From contig NW_026782387.1 of assembly GCF_031769215.1 (NCBI RefSeq), positions 186,001-250,000 of the forward strand: a DNA stretch of 64,000 bases. The letters run 5' to 3'. Below the pieces are notes generated by a model that was not told where the DNA came from, did not search any database, and saw nothing but the letters and a program-made list of their open reading frames with translations. Positions within the stretch are counted from its first letter, which is position 1. The number at the start of each line of letters is the position of its first letter. The stretch is from Ylistrum balloti. Lineage: Eukaryota. This document shows positions 13,762 through 28,886 of the stretch, one piece after another. Made by a program: the position numbers and the translations under genes.

Positions 13762-16700
13762 AAATAAAAGCTGCTTCATTATCTTCACTTAACTATTTGG
13801 TGAATATTTAGCTGGATTTATCACCTTGTTAACTTGTAGTAACTGATGAATGTCTACCATACTGAAAAACATAGGGGAGGTCCACCACATGCTATTGCAA
13901 AGGTAAAGTATCTTGCTACAGGAAGCCATAACAGCACAGCACAGAAAGCATTGTAATGTTGGCTTCCTGAGAAACACATACAATCTCAGGTAGGAATCAA
14001 ATAACACATCTCAAGACATTTACACCAGGATTGAAATGTCTGAGCTGTCCATGCTTAAGTCTTCCTATAACAATAACTTTATTAGAAATACAGTCTTTTA
14101 ATATATAGCATTCCTTTGAAAAAGGACAACCACAAAAATACATTTGTACCTTAAGCACAACATTAAACACATTGTATATAACTTTTTCAAGCTGTCAGTA
14201 TGAGAACTTCAGCAGACATGGTTAATATCTACACATTTCAAGCAGTAGTAAATTATATTACAGTTGATTAATCCAGTGCCAAAATCTTTCCACTTGAAGA
14301 TTAAATCTAAAAGTTTAACATATCCAGTTTGATGAATTGTCTGCCTGACCAGAATTATCATCAGACCTTATTTTATGGTGCCCCCTTTGTTGACGCTGAT
14401 CACAGGTGGCATCAATAGTACCTAGTAAGCCTTGACAATGACACAGGATCACATTTCACCTCCCTATTCAACCCTTCTGTCTTCTCACTTGTCAAAGCAT
14501 GGTCTCCACTACTAAGACATCAACTTAATATCATTAACAATTCAAGGTTATACATCGTTAAGGACACATACATTGAAAAAAATTGAAATTTTCAAAAAGT
14601 AGACATGTAAAATAGTATTAAACTGATAGTCCTTCATCCTAACATCAACACAAATCTTTATTATTCAGAGAGAAAGGTAAGTTGAAGTTATAAATGTGGA
14701 TGAAGCCTACACAGATCACAGTGAGGGTCTTGACAGTGAAAACCTGATACAACAGTCAAGACTTCTAATCATGTAGTCTTTGATTCATTTATTCCAATCT
14801 GCCCTTGGAGGCCATAATAGAATGACAAAACAGCAGGTCTGATAATATCTAAAGATGTGAATGGGTAATTTACTATGAATAATGGGCTATTAAAGGCCAT
14901 GAGTTATCTCCCTTGATGATTATTTGAAGATTATCTGGTACTACACTTCAATGAAAGATCACAAGGTGATTTCATTACTCTGTTGAATAAGGCCAGATTT
15001 AACTAACATCAAATATATAAAGAAATGAAATATGAAATTTAAGAATTTCTGAAGCCCAGCCCCTTTTACCCTTCTTTTAATTAACAGATTCTTTCTCAAT
15101 TGAAAATAAGACTCCTTTCATCCTAAACCTATTAGAAAAAAAATCAACAAAGTTTGTCCCTTTTAACAATTTGAATATCATAAAGCTTACAACATTATCA
15201 TAAATTAATAAATATCTCATTTGGCAAACACATGTATGAATCTTTTTTTATTAGAATGTGAAGCTTTCTTTCTTTATTACAGAATTGTGCCCCTTTTTCT
15301 TTCCCACTAATCACATATTCTGTATCTTCTTGTAATCTCTTTCAAATTTCTTCTGATTCTTTTACATAATTATGATACCATATCTGTAAACACATCTTTA
15401 TGGAAGCTTCAGTCATGTATAAAATGTAAAAGACTAAGATAATTAATGAAACTTTTTCACCTTCCCATCAGAAGTAATCTGATCACTTTCTTGCGTCCAA
15501 AATAACAACCATGACGTAATTATATCATTATCAAAGCGGAGGAGTTTGATGGAGGAGGTAAAACTGGTTACTCTTCACTTTGAGCATGATTATAGAATTA
15601 AAATCCAACACAAAAATATGCAGTGAATGTTGTGGAGACAGGGATATTTACATGGTGCGAGAACAGAAACTAGATCTGCGAAGGAAGCTCCAACTATACA
15701 TCAAAACCTTGGCACATAGGTCTAAGTAGAATTCCATTCGATGATTCTGCCATACTTCTTGTTTATCAAAAACTGTTTTTATAGACATGGACAGCACAAA
15801 TCCATCTAACTTGATCAAAACACAAATATCAATTGGCCACTATACTACATCTATTATGGAGCCAATACTTCTCTATCTCAACTAATTAACACTTACATAA
15901 CCCATCCCTGTTTCTATATTCAGTACTGAATTCAACTGACGCTAATTACATAACTTACTATTTTCTTCAACAAACCACACTTTATTTTGAGCGTTTACCA
16001 AAATTTATGGGAGCAGGGGGATTCTATCGGAGTCAGAATTTGACTACAATATTCATGTCTGATAAACAAAAATGTTCCAGTGATGGATTCTGGGTAAAAC
16101 AATAAATCTTTGATACACAGGATGATAGTAATTATTCTTTCGGATGTGTAATCAACAAACACTGTATGACATTATGTGAGAAAATTGGAACAAACTTTTA
16201 TTACAAAAACTCAATAAGCTGGCATCTGTTATATTACCATCCAGTTCAACTTTTCACTTTCACAGGGTAATTTTTTTCCCTTCTTCCCGTCTTAAGTCAC
16301 AATCACAATACAGTAAATGCATAGATTGTAGCAGTAATTAGACTTTAGCACTTTTCACTGAAAACATTGTGCTCAATTATGACTACACTAGGTTTTTTTT
16401 TTGTGGATGAGCAAATTTATCTTTGTGCTAATATGTCAAAAAAAATTTATGCATTAAATTGATTGTGCCAAAATAATAACATTTACATTGATAAATCTGT
16501 AGAAGGGCTGGGTTGCTGTTTTGTTTTCCTCCTCTAGTGTAAAAGCAACATTATGTATTGAAATCTTATAATGTAAGCACTTAAAAAAGTTCCTATCTAA
16601 CATCAATTATATTTTATATTACCTTGCAGTAAATATACATAAGGCAGACTTTAACTCAAGCAAATCAGTATATGGTATTGCATCTAATATTCACAGTGCT

Positions 16701-17760
16701 CTTGTAGAATATTAAAAAATATTCAACTGATTTTCAACGAGAACATTTTCCAATAGACGCAATATGTGTAAAAGAAAATGTCCACTTTCACTGAATTTCA
16801 TCTTTCTCAAGATGATGTTGCTTAGGCGATGAATACTGAAAATCATATATATATATACACACAGAACAAACAATATTTATACTACTGAAGAAAAGACACC
16901 AAACAGAAAAAGTGTACATATTAGTAACAGAGAGTCGCATTCAGATATACAGGAGACTTACAGATAGACAACTTGGAGAATCAGATTTTTCAGCTATATA
17001 TTAATTTTGTGCTTTTTCTAGAGGTTTAATTTTGATTTAAACTTGCAAGTTTTTAAGAGAATTAAATCACTTAAAAATTAAAATCATAGAAAATATTTTG
17101 TGATCTTTTTTTCTCAAAATTTAATAAATCCAGAAATCCCCCTCCTCTCAAAGTCTTTATAGAATCTGGAAAACAAAAATAGACTCAAGGTTTTTTCATT
17201 ACTGGTAATAATGAATAACTGAAAGTGAAATGATAATTTGAAGAAAAAAAACTGATATTCTAAATTCTTTAGTTTTGTATAATGGTGATTAACGTACACC
17301 AACTCAATTTTATGTCAGCATCAAAAGACAAAAGGATCAAATTGGTGTTAATATTTGTTAACAAAAAAAAAGTTAGAAATCAACTAGTTAATAAAAAGCT
17401 TTATTTCAAAAAGTTGCAAGTTTGATTGAGAGTGGTTACAAATGGGAAAATTGTTATAAAGCAGAAGTTGGACCGAGAAGGTAAGAGGTTTAGATATCCT
17501 ACAGGATGATAGGTACACCAATACAGATTTTCTGGGTCAAAAATTTCTTGAAAAAACCCTGGGTCTGATACGAATCATTGATACAAATCTGAAATAACCA
17601 TAATGATACTTCATGATCTGCTTTTTGATTCATATTAGACACCACTCTTTCTCCGAGAGAAAAAAATTCTCAACCAAGAAAAATCTCAACCAAGTACCTA
17701 TAATCCAGGGGAGATCACTCTAGGCACAGGAAGAGAAGACAATTTTTGCATTTTACTTAC

Positions 17761-17817
17761 TGCTTTAGAGTCAATATCTATCAAGTCTCTCGTAAGATGT
17801 TCACCTCTCCGATTTTT
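17761..17817 (-). CDS. Probable small internal coding exon of the same gene (KNRRGEHLTRDLIDIDSKA)
   Basis: Strong acceptor tattgtatttcatattttacag| and consensus donor |GTAAGT; 57 nt open, phase 0-0, compatible with the phase-0 start of exon 2044. Confidence 0.6.
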
Positions 17818-18443
17818 CTGTAAAATATGAAATACAATAACTGCTATGATGCAAGGCCAATGCTACAAATGTCTACTACTTTCAACGCATGACACTGACC
17901 TAAAGTTCAATACTTTACAGTGACCTATGACCTTTGATATATGATGAAGTCCAATTAAACATGACAATGAATCACGCAGTCCAAAGCACAATCATGTGGG
18001 AAGTGAAAAACACACTTCAAATGGTTTGTGATTTCAAAACATCTATTCTCTTTTACTTTATATTGTTACACATGCTAGCCTGAGTCAGCAGTTAAATCAA
18101 GCATTCATTATATCCAAGTAAAATACCAGCTTTAGTTCTCTTTTTGTGAGTAAGCATCTGTATAAAAACAAAAATATATTGTTCGTTTAAATCTGTCAAA
18201 TATATGAAACTAAAGAAAAAAATCATTGATACATTCCTTATAAAAACCAATTTTTTGCAATAATTAATCTTCCTTCTATCCACGTTCTGGACCAAGTATA
18301 TCATGCAATGAACTAAATTCTATATTTAGAACACTCAAACATGCTGCATTGACTATTGCAGTTTTACCTGATAATCACCTCCATGTTGATCAATATACAT
18401 ATAATGGTCAATTGACATGACTTAAACATATAGACATAATAAA

Positions 18444-19230
18444 CTTACTACCCTCTATAAGGACTTACTACCCTCTGTAAGGACTTACTGCTCTCTATAA
18501 GGACTTACTACCTTCAATAAGGACTTATACCCTCTATAAGGTCTTACTACCTCTATAAGGACTTATACCGTCTATAAGGACTTATACCTTCTATAAGGAC
18601 TTACTACCCTCTACAAGGACTTACTAACCTCTATAATGACTTACTACCCTATATAATGACTTATACCCTCTATAATGACTTATACCCTCTATGACTTATA
18701 CCCTCTATAATGACTTACTACCCTATATAATGACTTATACCCTCTATGACTTATACCCTCTATAATGACTTACTAACCTCTATAAGGACTTACTAACCTC
18801 TATAATGACTTACTACCCTCTATAATGACTTATACCCTCTATAACGACTTATACCCTCTATAAGGACTTATACCCTCTATAATGACTTATACCCTCTATA
18901 ATGACTTATACCCTCCATAATGACTTATACCCTCCATAATGACTTATACCCTCCATAAGGACTTATACCATCCATAAGGACTTATACCCTCTATAATGAC
19001 TTATACCCTTTATAATGACTTATACCCTCTATAATGACTTACTACCCTCTATAATGACTTATACCCTCTATAATGACTTATACCCTCTATAAGGACTTAT
19101 ACCCTCTATAAGGACTTATACCCTCTATAATGACTTATACCCTCTATAAGGACTTATACCCTCTATAAGGACTTATACCCTCTATAATGACTTATACCCT
19201 CTATAAGGACTTATACCCTCTATAAGGACT
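18444..19230. repeat. 19-bp minisatellite (19-21 bp variants), about 40 copies
   Basis: Unit taccctctataa(g/t)gactta; period 19 visible at 19081-19230. Confidence 0.95.
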
Positions 19231-21539
19231 ATTTACAAACTTGGTTCATTAATGGTTCTTATTTCTTTGCCAAGTAACATGCTTATTGAAGTCATGATAC
19301 AAAGTAAAAAACCAAGGAGAAATGCCTCATGCAGTATTGTTGCAATTTTGTTGCTGGGTAACAGCATGTTCTATCTCTGATCCCCTATACTGTCCTGTAG
19401 TATTGCTAGTCAAAAAGTGAACCTTCTTTTCGTAAATAAAAATGGCTGATGCACTTTTCCAAGTTCCTATATACTCCAGGATATGATATCAGTGAGAAAA
19501 TACAATTACAAAGTTGTCAGGTTTGTAGACGATGAAATCAGTGGAACGTGATTGAATGAAATGTCTGTGATCAATGTAATGCAAAATACAGACAGAACAT
19601 TCAAGATTTTTACAGGAAAGATACTCAATGCTGAAAATTTTTTTCTGAATGATATACCTCTCATATCACAAAATCACCATAACTGATTAAGTACAATTGG
19701 TTCAATCAAGTACCATTCACTGAAAAAGATCTTGATGAAATTCAAGAGCACTTAGGTTAAATCATATTTTTTGCCCTCACAGAAAAAAACTCCATCTCTT
19801 TCACATAAAAATCAGAGGAAGAAAATTCACTAGTCTTCTGTATGATTTTCAATCTCCATTAAATGAAGCAACAAAAACTTAAAATTATTCAAGTTGAATC
19901 TTAATGGGAGAAATTGAAGAAATCCATTGAAAATGATAATACATCAAATCATATATATTTCACAAGCAATTCATTTTGGTGTTTATACCCGGGGAAAGTC
20001 AATCTCAAATTCAAATTCCTCATTGTTATTTGTACAAAAAATAACTGTGGATGGCATCCATGTCATGTTGATTCCGTTATCGATATCGGAGCTTTGTAGG
20101 ATTCTTGTCTCTAATAGCTCATCATTCATGAATTTCAACCCATTTCTAGATCAGCATTTGTGACATTATGGAGATGTCAAACAAGTCTGAAGAGTAAAGT
20201 TCATGAAATACAGGATTCAGGAAATCACTGTGATTAACAGATGATTGCTAAACCTTTTTAACTTTGTAACCTTTCTGATGTAAAAAATACATCATATTCA
20301 AAACTGAAAATTAAAAATTTGAAGTTGGTAAATAATCATTAAAATAATGGAATGCTCACACCAGAAAATAATCATGAGACATTCTTAATACCATACTGAT
20401 CTGGCAGTTCACCAATGTCTAGTTACCATTACTTGTATACCGTTATTCAGTAAAACCACCAATAAATCTTTATCTATTGTCATGTAATAAACCTAAGTCT
20501 AATGGTCTACTTGGGCTTACTGTAGGATAAATAGGGTAATAAGAAAAAGATTTAGAAGGGCGGCGTCATCAGGATAAATGCGGTATCTAGCACCCATGTT
20601 TTCAAGCATGAAATAACCACACTATAGCCAATATATAACACTTCTGCTGTACTCAGTGCTGAAAAACCAATATCCCAATATACAAGGCTGCTTGAAAGAC
20701 TCATATAGTAATGACAAGAGGCCCTCTGTTTAACCCAACACAGGTATGACTTCATGTAGCTGAATTTCTGAACACTAAGATTGCTAAGAGGCTAAAACCA
20801 TAAACACTTCATGTTCCTTATGGCTGTTTTGATGCTTAGCATGCTATTTACATTTTCTGAAGGGCTAGCCAGTTGTGGAGCATCAATCTGTTTTCACACA
20901 TATTATATCTGGCAGCACTTCCTCCGACCAAACTCACAATTAACTAGTGTTTAACAGATTCCATCTGGAATATAATCTTATTTTTTCTTTCTAAACTTAT
21001 TACATTACACTGTTGCAGTATTGTTAATTCAGCTAGTATTTGTTAGCGATCAATTGTTTTTAACACTTCTTCAGGTAAATTAACATTATTTTAATCCAAA
21101 TTTTTGACAATTAAAAAAAAAAAACACTCAAATCAAGCAAAAATATTAAAATAGGGTTGTGATAGTTTCACCAAATACAATTTATATACACCACATCATC
21201 ATACTATGTCTGGCTGGAAACTATGTGACACTCACAAGGTGATAAGGGCCCTCTCAAGAAGCCCTCATCCCCATCAGCACAATGACTCAAGTGGTGAAGT
21301 AGGAGTAAACACTACTTATACAATATCTATAATCCAGATTTCTATCACAGCAGTGTTGTGGTCTAAAGATTTTATGAATTTAACATTACATTTCATCACT
21401 ATTTTTCCTAAATCCTGATTATGAAGACGGAAATCATCTACCACCTTGGAAGGGGCTGCTTCAAGTCAAGAAATTAAAACCACAAACAGGACCATAATGT
21501 GTTAAAAACATTCGTAGAGACAGAAATTAAGAATATTTC

Positions 21540-21730
21540 ATTTGTCCAACCACCCTACCCTGCCCCATTTGTCCAACCGCCCTACCCTGCCCCATTTGTC
21601 CAACTGCCCTACCCTGCCCCATTTGTCCAACCACCCTACCCTGCCCCATTTGTCCAACCGCCCTACCCTGCCCCATTTGTCCAACCGCCCTACCCTGCCC
21701 CATTTGTCCAACCACCCTATCCTGCCCAAT
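21540..21730. repeat. 27-bp minisatellite, 7 copies
   Basis: Unit atttgtccaaccrccctaccctgcccc. Confidence 0.95.
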
Positions 21731-23169
21731 AAAAACCATAAAGATGACTAATGTTGTTTGGACCTAAAATCTGAATTCCATACAATAACAAGTCCATTCC
21801 TAATTAACCTACATGTTTTATGCTAAGGCTTGTGATTTTGAACTGAACATAAATATCTCCCAAGTCCTTCTGCAAGTCCTACAAGCCATGCATGAAAATA
21901 TTGTGAAATCATCGGTACAGCATTGTCAGTGTCTCTGTTGAAGCCAGTACAACATTACAAGTGCCTCCGAGTATAGGGAAACCACTGGTGGATGTCTGGT
22001 GACCATTGATCAAAGATGAGACATTAGAAAAAGACAAAACAAATGTAATACATCAAATTTAATTCAAATTCAAAAATTGAACAATTGATTTCTAAAAACA
22101 TTTTGAAGACATTAAATCTATCATGTGTTTTACCTTAATTTAAACAGCATCATATATAACAGAAGTAATTCACCATTACATGGGTTACCGTATTCACCCT
22201 GTTGAAAGACCTGGACAAACATGTTACCACTGACAAGTCAGGAGACAGGCTTAATACTGAAAAAAGCATACTATGATATTTTTGATGAGCAGCAACTGAT
22301 ATGAATTGGTTAATTACATTAGACACAGACTTGTTACTGGACAATGAAGTCATATTTGTTGTTCACTAAGCAGAAACATATCTGGGTGGAATAGAGTCAA
22401 ATAAACATGATATTTGTTTCCCCCCTTATTTTCTCATTCTTAATCCATGTCTAATTCATGTGAAACTCTACGACTACTTTTATACAGACTTTCAGTAAAT
22501 ACAGCTGTAATACGATATTCCAATCCCAGATTAAAGAACTGGATTTTCAGTTACTTTGGGTTCCAATTTATTCTAGTGAAATATAGAACCAAGAATAATA
22601 GCCTTTAAACTATACTAGATACAAGTTTATTATAGCTTTAGGGTTACAGGGCAGATGAGATGGATTTATCCCAGGGTTTCTGTAAGTAAAATCACCAAGA
22701 AGCAATAGTATCAGAAACACTGTAGGTGTTCAAATGACTAACTCCTTTAATTAATACGCCTTGTGTGACATTTGATTTATTTGTGGAGTGAAAAATGTAA
22801 TTAATATACAGTAAAATATTTCCTGAAATTCCCAAATGATTAGATCTTGTACTAGTAATTAAACTAATCTGTTATCTGGATCTAGGTTTTACTTGCAAAC
22901 TAATACTGACAAAGGAGCCCATCATTAGAGAGTCCATGATGAGATAATAAGATTTAAGACATTAAGGGACCTGGAATTTGCAGTACACTATTTCTGTGTC
23001 CAATTAATGATAAGAGGAGTAGCATTCCACCATTTTACTGCCCTCGTTTACATGAAATAGATAGCATCATTTCCCCTGTAATCACACCATGCTAGATAAT
23101 CAAGAAGGGGTTGTGAACCAGGTGCTTTCTGTGTGGAACTGATTACACAAATCTTTATCTTACAACATC

Positions 23170-23450
23170 AAACTCTACATGTACACCAACTCTATTAAAA
23201 CCGCTAGAATATAATTCGTATCTATAACATCATGCTCTACATCAATACTAAAATATAATCTGTTTCTATAACATTACACTCTACATCAATACCAGAATAA
23301 AGTCTGTTTCAAAAAATCACTGTAAAAATATTACAATGTAGCCCATTAAACATCACAGGCTGCATCAATACTAAAATAGTCCTTTTCTAAAGCATCACTC
23401 TAAGCTTAAATACTAGAATATAGTCTGTTTCTTAAACATCAATACAGGAA
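23170..23450. repeat. Old degenerate tandem repeat of about 40 bp
   Basis: Recurrent ctctacatcaatac(t/c)a(a/g)aata...tctgtttc...aacatca segments. Confidence 0.55.
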
Positions 23451-24504
23451 CAAGATTGTTTGCATGAGTGCATTCTGAATCTATTTTGTTTCTGAAACAC
23501 CAGTCCCTTTCTCAGACATGTTTGGAAGGAAAGATGTTAAACTTCTATCACTAACAGTCTTTCCAGTTTTGAACTCCTTACTTTTTCAAGGAAAGGTCAT
23601 CTTTACCAGTGGTTGGGTGATTGGACTGAATATGGTCCGTTTAATGATTCAGAAAGGTTAGGTCTTCCATATATTTATAGGCCTAGAAAGCAATTTGGCA
23701 AAACCTTTTATTCTTATATGTTCCAACTAAATTATACTAGATTTTATTGATTGTTTTTTTCGATCTAGAACTTGGTAAATCTGAGGTAGATATAGGGTTA
23801 ACAAAGGTAAGCTAGTGCCTAATCGCATTACAAAGATAGTATCATTTCCCCAGGTGTAAAACAGTGGTTTTGATTCCAGAAGAACTGGGGTTGTCCTCTC
23901 ACGCTTAATTACTGGTCATCCCTCCTCACAAAGTCTCACAATTACACCTTTCTTTTCTGTATAAAAAATGCATCATTTCTGCTTGTATTTAGGAAGACCC
24001 TGACATGTCTCCAGGAGTTCGAGGCTAATCCATGTCCTTGTCCTGGTGGAGACCCAATTACTGCATCAGTTATTCCGACATTTCTGTGGGATAACTAGTG
24101 GTTTGTCGACCAGGGTAGCTCTGCCTTCACTTAATCACAGTCTGAACAACCATTCCTTTTTCTGCCAAATCGCTTCCAGCCAACGTTCCCACCAGACAAA
24201 CCTTTGGTCCAATTTAACAACAGTTTTCATCTGCACACACTGATCTCATATTTAAGCCAAGCATACATAAATATGCAATTGTAGTGTAAAGCCTGTCTTG
24301 TGTATTGTATCACATGTTTCTAGCAGTTGGACTATCTTCTTAATACAACAGTTTGTAAAAATGCCATCAAAATATCCTATCAAATCACAAATTTTCTGGT
24401 GGTTCCACAAACAAGACAGTTTTTAAAGGGAAGTGTATATTTTGGATTCTTCCCTGTATCTCCCATAGCAGCAGCAAGTAACATCATTATAAATATATAT
24501 CGTC

Positions 24505-27500
24505 TCCACCAGTATATAACCCGTCTCATCCAAATACTACATACATTCTCACCAGTACACATTCTGTCTCATCCAAATACTACATACATTCTCACCAGTA
24601 CACATTCTGTCTCATCAAAATACTACATACATTCTCACCAGTACACATTCTGTCTCATCAAAATACTACAGACATTCTCACCAGTACACATTCTGTCTCA
24701 TCAAAATACTACATACATTCTCACCAGTACACATTCTGTCTCATCAAAATACTACATACATTCTCACCAGTACACATTCTGTCTCATCAAAATACTACAT
24801 ACATTCTCACCAGTACACATTCTGTCTCATCAAAATACTACAGACATTCTCACCAGTACACATTCTGTCTCATCAAAATACTACATACATTCTCACCAGT
24901 ACACATTCTGTCTCATCAAAATACTACATACATTCTCACCAGTACACATTCTGTCTCATCCAAATACTACATACATTCTCACCAGTACACATTCTGTCTC
25001 ATCAAAATACTACATACATTCTCACCAGTACACATTCTGTCTCATCCAAATACCACAGACATTTCCACCAGTATATGTTCTGTTTCATCCAAATACTACA
25101 GACATTTTCACCAGTATATGTTCTGTCTCATCAAAATACTACATACATTCTCACCAGTACACATTCTGTCTCATCAAAATACTACATACATTCTCACCAG
25201 TACACATTCTGTCTCATCAAAATACTACATACATTCTCACCAGTACACATTCTGTCTCATCAAAATACTACATACATTCTCACCAGTACACATTCTGTCT
25301 CATCAAAATACTACATACATTCTCACCAGTACACATTCTGTCTCATCAAAATACTACATACATTCTCACCAGTACACATTCTGTCTCATCAAAATACTAC
25401 ATACATTCTCAACAGTACACATTCTGTCTCATCAAAATACTACATACATTCTCACCAGTACACATTCTGTCTCATCAAAATACTACATACATTCTCACCA
25501 GTACACATTCTGTCTCATCCAAATACCACAGACATTTCCACCAGTATATGTTCTGTTTCATCCAAATACTAGACATTTTCACCAGTATATGTTCTGTCTC
25601 ATCAAAATACTACATACATTCTCACCAGTACACATTCTGTCTCATCAAAATACTACATACATTCTCACCAGTACACATTCTGTCTCATCAAAATACTACA
25701 TACATTCTCACCAGTACACATTCTGTCTCATCAAAATACTACATACATTCTCACCAGTACACATTCTGTCTCATCAAAATACTACATACATTCTCACCAG
25801 TACACATTCTGTCTCATCAAAATACTACATACATTCTCACCAGTACACATTCTGTCTCATCAAAATACTACATACATTCTCAACAGTACACATTCTGTCT
25901 CATCAAAATACTACATACATTCTCACCAGTACACATTCTGTCTCATCAAAATACTACATACATTCTCACCAGTACACATTCTGTCTCATCAAAATACTAC
26001 ATACATTCTCACCAGTACACATTCTGTCTCATCAAAATACTACATACATTCTCACCAGTACACATTCTGTCTCATCCAAATACCACAGACATTTCCACCA
26101 GTATATGTTCTGTTTCATCCAAATACTAGACATTTCCACCAGTATATGTTCTGTCTCATCCAAATACTAGACATTTCCACCAGTATATGTTCTGTCTCAT
26201 CCAAATACTAGACATTTCCACCAGTATATGTTCTGTTTCATCCAAATACTAGACATTTCCACCAGTATATGTTCTGTCTCATCCAAATACTACAGACATT
26301 TCCACAAGTACACATTCTGTCTCATCAAAATACTACAGACATTTCCACCAGTATATGTTCTGTCTCATCCAAATACTAGACATTTCCACCAGTATATGTT
26401 CTGTCTCATCAAAATACTACAGACATTTCCACCAGTATATGTTCTGTCTCATCAAAATACTAGACATTTCCACCAGTATATGTTCTGTCTCATCCAAATA
26501 CCACAGACATTTCCACCAGTATATGTTCTGTTTCATCCAAATACTAGACATTTCCACCAGTATATGTTCTGTCTCATCCAAATACCACAGACATTTCCAC
26601 CAGTATATGTTCTGTTTCATCCAAATACTACAGACATTTCCACCAGTACATGTTCTGTTTCATCCAAATACTAGACATTTCCACCAGTATATGTTCTGTT
26701 TCATCCAAATACTACAGACATTTCCACCAGTATATGTTCTGTCTCATCAAAATACTACATACATTCTCACCAGTACACATTCTGTCTCATCAAAATACTA
26801 GACATTTCCACCAGTATATGTTCTGTTTCATCCAAATACTACAGACATTTCCACCAGTATATGTTCTGTTTCATCCAAATACTAGACATTTCCACCAGTA
26901 CATGTTCTGTCTCATCCAAATACTAGACATTTCCACCAGTATATGTTCTGTCTCATCCAAATACTACAGACATTTCCACCAGTATATGTTCTGTCTCATC
27001 CAAATACCACAGACATTTCCACCAGTATATGTTCTGTCTCATCCAAATACTACAGACATTTCCACCAGTATATGTTCTGTTTCATCCAAATACTAGACAT
27101 TTCCACCAGTATATGTTCTGTCTCATCCAAATACCACAGACATTTCCACCAGTATATGTTCTGTTTCATCCAAATACTAGACATTTCCACCAGTACATGT
27201 TCTGTCTCATCCAAATACTAGACATTTCCACCAGTATATGTTCTGTCTCATCCAAATACTACAGACATTTCCACCAGTATATGTTCTGTCTCATCCAAAT
27301 ACCACAGACATTTCCACCAGTATATGTTCTGTCTCATCCAAATACCACAGACATTTCCACCAGTATATGTTCTGTCTCATCCAAATACTAGACATTTCCA
27401 CCAGTATATGTTCTGTCTCATCCAAATACTACAGACATTTCCACAAGTACACATTCTGTCTCATCCAAATACTAGACATTTCCACCAGTATATGTTCTGT

Positions 27501-27725
27501 CTCATCCAAATACTACAGACATTTCCACAAGTACACATTCTGTCTCATCAAAATACTACATACATTCTCACCAGTACACATTCTGTCTCATCCAAATACC
27601 ACAGACATTTCCACCAGTACACATTCTGTCTCATCCAAATACTACAGACATTTCCACCAGTACACATTCTGTCTCATCCAAATACTAGACATTTCCACCA
27701 GTATATGTTCTGTCTCATCCAAATA
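24505..27725. repeat. 43/41-bp minisatellite, about 75 copies, two unit subfamilies
   Basis: Type A ttctcaccagtacacattctgtctcatcaaaatactacatacat dominates up to about 26080; type B tttccaccagtatatgttctgtytcatccaaatact(ac)agaca dominates after it. Confidence 0.97.
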
Positions 27726-28213
27726 CAAAAGAAGTTTACACCATGGCATAGCTTGTTTCATTCGAGTACTACAGATGTTTCTATCAATTTACTGTCTGTT
27801 TCATTCTGGCATCAAATAAATTATAAACCTATGCAGAAATTTTTAACCAACCAATAACACAAATAACTTTTTTTTTCCATTTTTATTCCGTAAGAAAATT
27901 GTAGCGCTTGCAATACTGAAAATGTTGTTTGCATAGAGAAAACAACTGAATTATAATTTTTAGCATTATTTTCATAAGATGATTTGCACTGGTTTTTCAT
28001 TTTAGTAGTATCCCTTAACAGAAGCTAATAAGATATGAAGCTCGGACTCCCTTCGTACCATCAAGCACTTTTCTGCCTAGTGATTCATAAAGACCCCACT
28101 TTATCAATTTGTAACAGCAAATTATGGTATTGTTCTGCCTCTGCTGTGAGCACCAACCCTATCAGATGTTAAGATACTAGTGAGTGTAGCACATTTCCCT
28201 GTTACATACTCAC

Positions 28214-28245
28214 TATTCTATATATCAGTGCCAAGTACGGGTTAT
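28214..28245 (-). CDS. Candidate 32-nt coding exon ((D)NPYLALIYRI)
   Basis: Acceptor gttatttctacag| and donor |GTGAGTA; only one frame is open (phase 1 to 0), which fits the next exon at 17817. Confidence 0.4.
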
Positions 28246-28530
28246 CTGTAGAAATAACTCTCCTAATCAAACTGGAGATTGGTTTGGACAATTTCACAAA
28301 TCAACAGATCCTGGATCCTGCTAAGAGAAGTAACAAGAGGCTGTCATGGAACAGGAACAATATATATGGCCGTGTCAAGGTTACTGCTATCATATCCTTG
28401 ATCTAAAGTAAGCATGTGTTTAATCATCTTATTGCTATAATGTAATAAATCACACTTTCTTTCCGGCATGAATCATCATGATTGACATTATTCTATTCAT
28501 CTTTCTAAACATGATGATAGCAAAAATGTG

Positions 28531-28886
28531 AAACTGTGAGCCATTCGATACTATCAATATCTCTATTACCTACATTTGGTGTTGCCCTCAGCAAACTGTG
28601 AACCATTCGATACTATCAATATCTCTATTACCTACATTTGGTGTTGCCCTCAGCAAACTGTGAACCATTCAATACTATCAACATCTCTATTACCTACATT
28701 TGGTGTTACCCTCAGCAAACTGTGAACCATTCGATACTATCAATATCTCTATTACCTACATTTGGTGTTACCCTCAGCAAACTGTGAACCATTCGATACT
28801 ATCAATATCTCTATTACCTACATTTGGTGTTACCCTCAGCAAACTGTGAACCATTCGATACTATCAACATCTCTATTACCTACATT
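28531..28886. repeat. 62-bp minisatellite, about 5.7 copies
   Basis: aaactgtgaaccattcgatactatcaatatctctattacctacatttggtgttrccctcagc at 28531, 28593, 28655 and onward. Confidence 0.95.

Noticed and set aside
19985-20146. Acidic open frame of about 54 codons on the minus strand (NGLKFMNDELLETRIL...)
   Set aside because: Weak acceptor and donor, wrong phase, and no recognisable domain.
24327-27857. 600-aa, 350-aa and other long plus-strand ORFs
   Set aside because: They are translations of the 43/41-bp array; the unit lacks stops, so all frames give the same repeating peptide.
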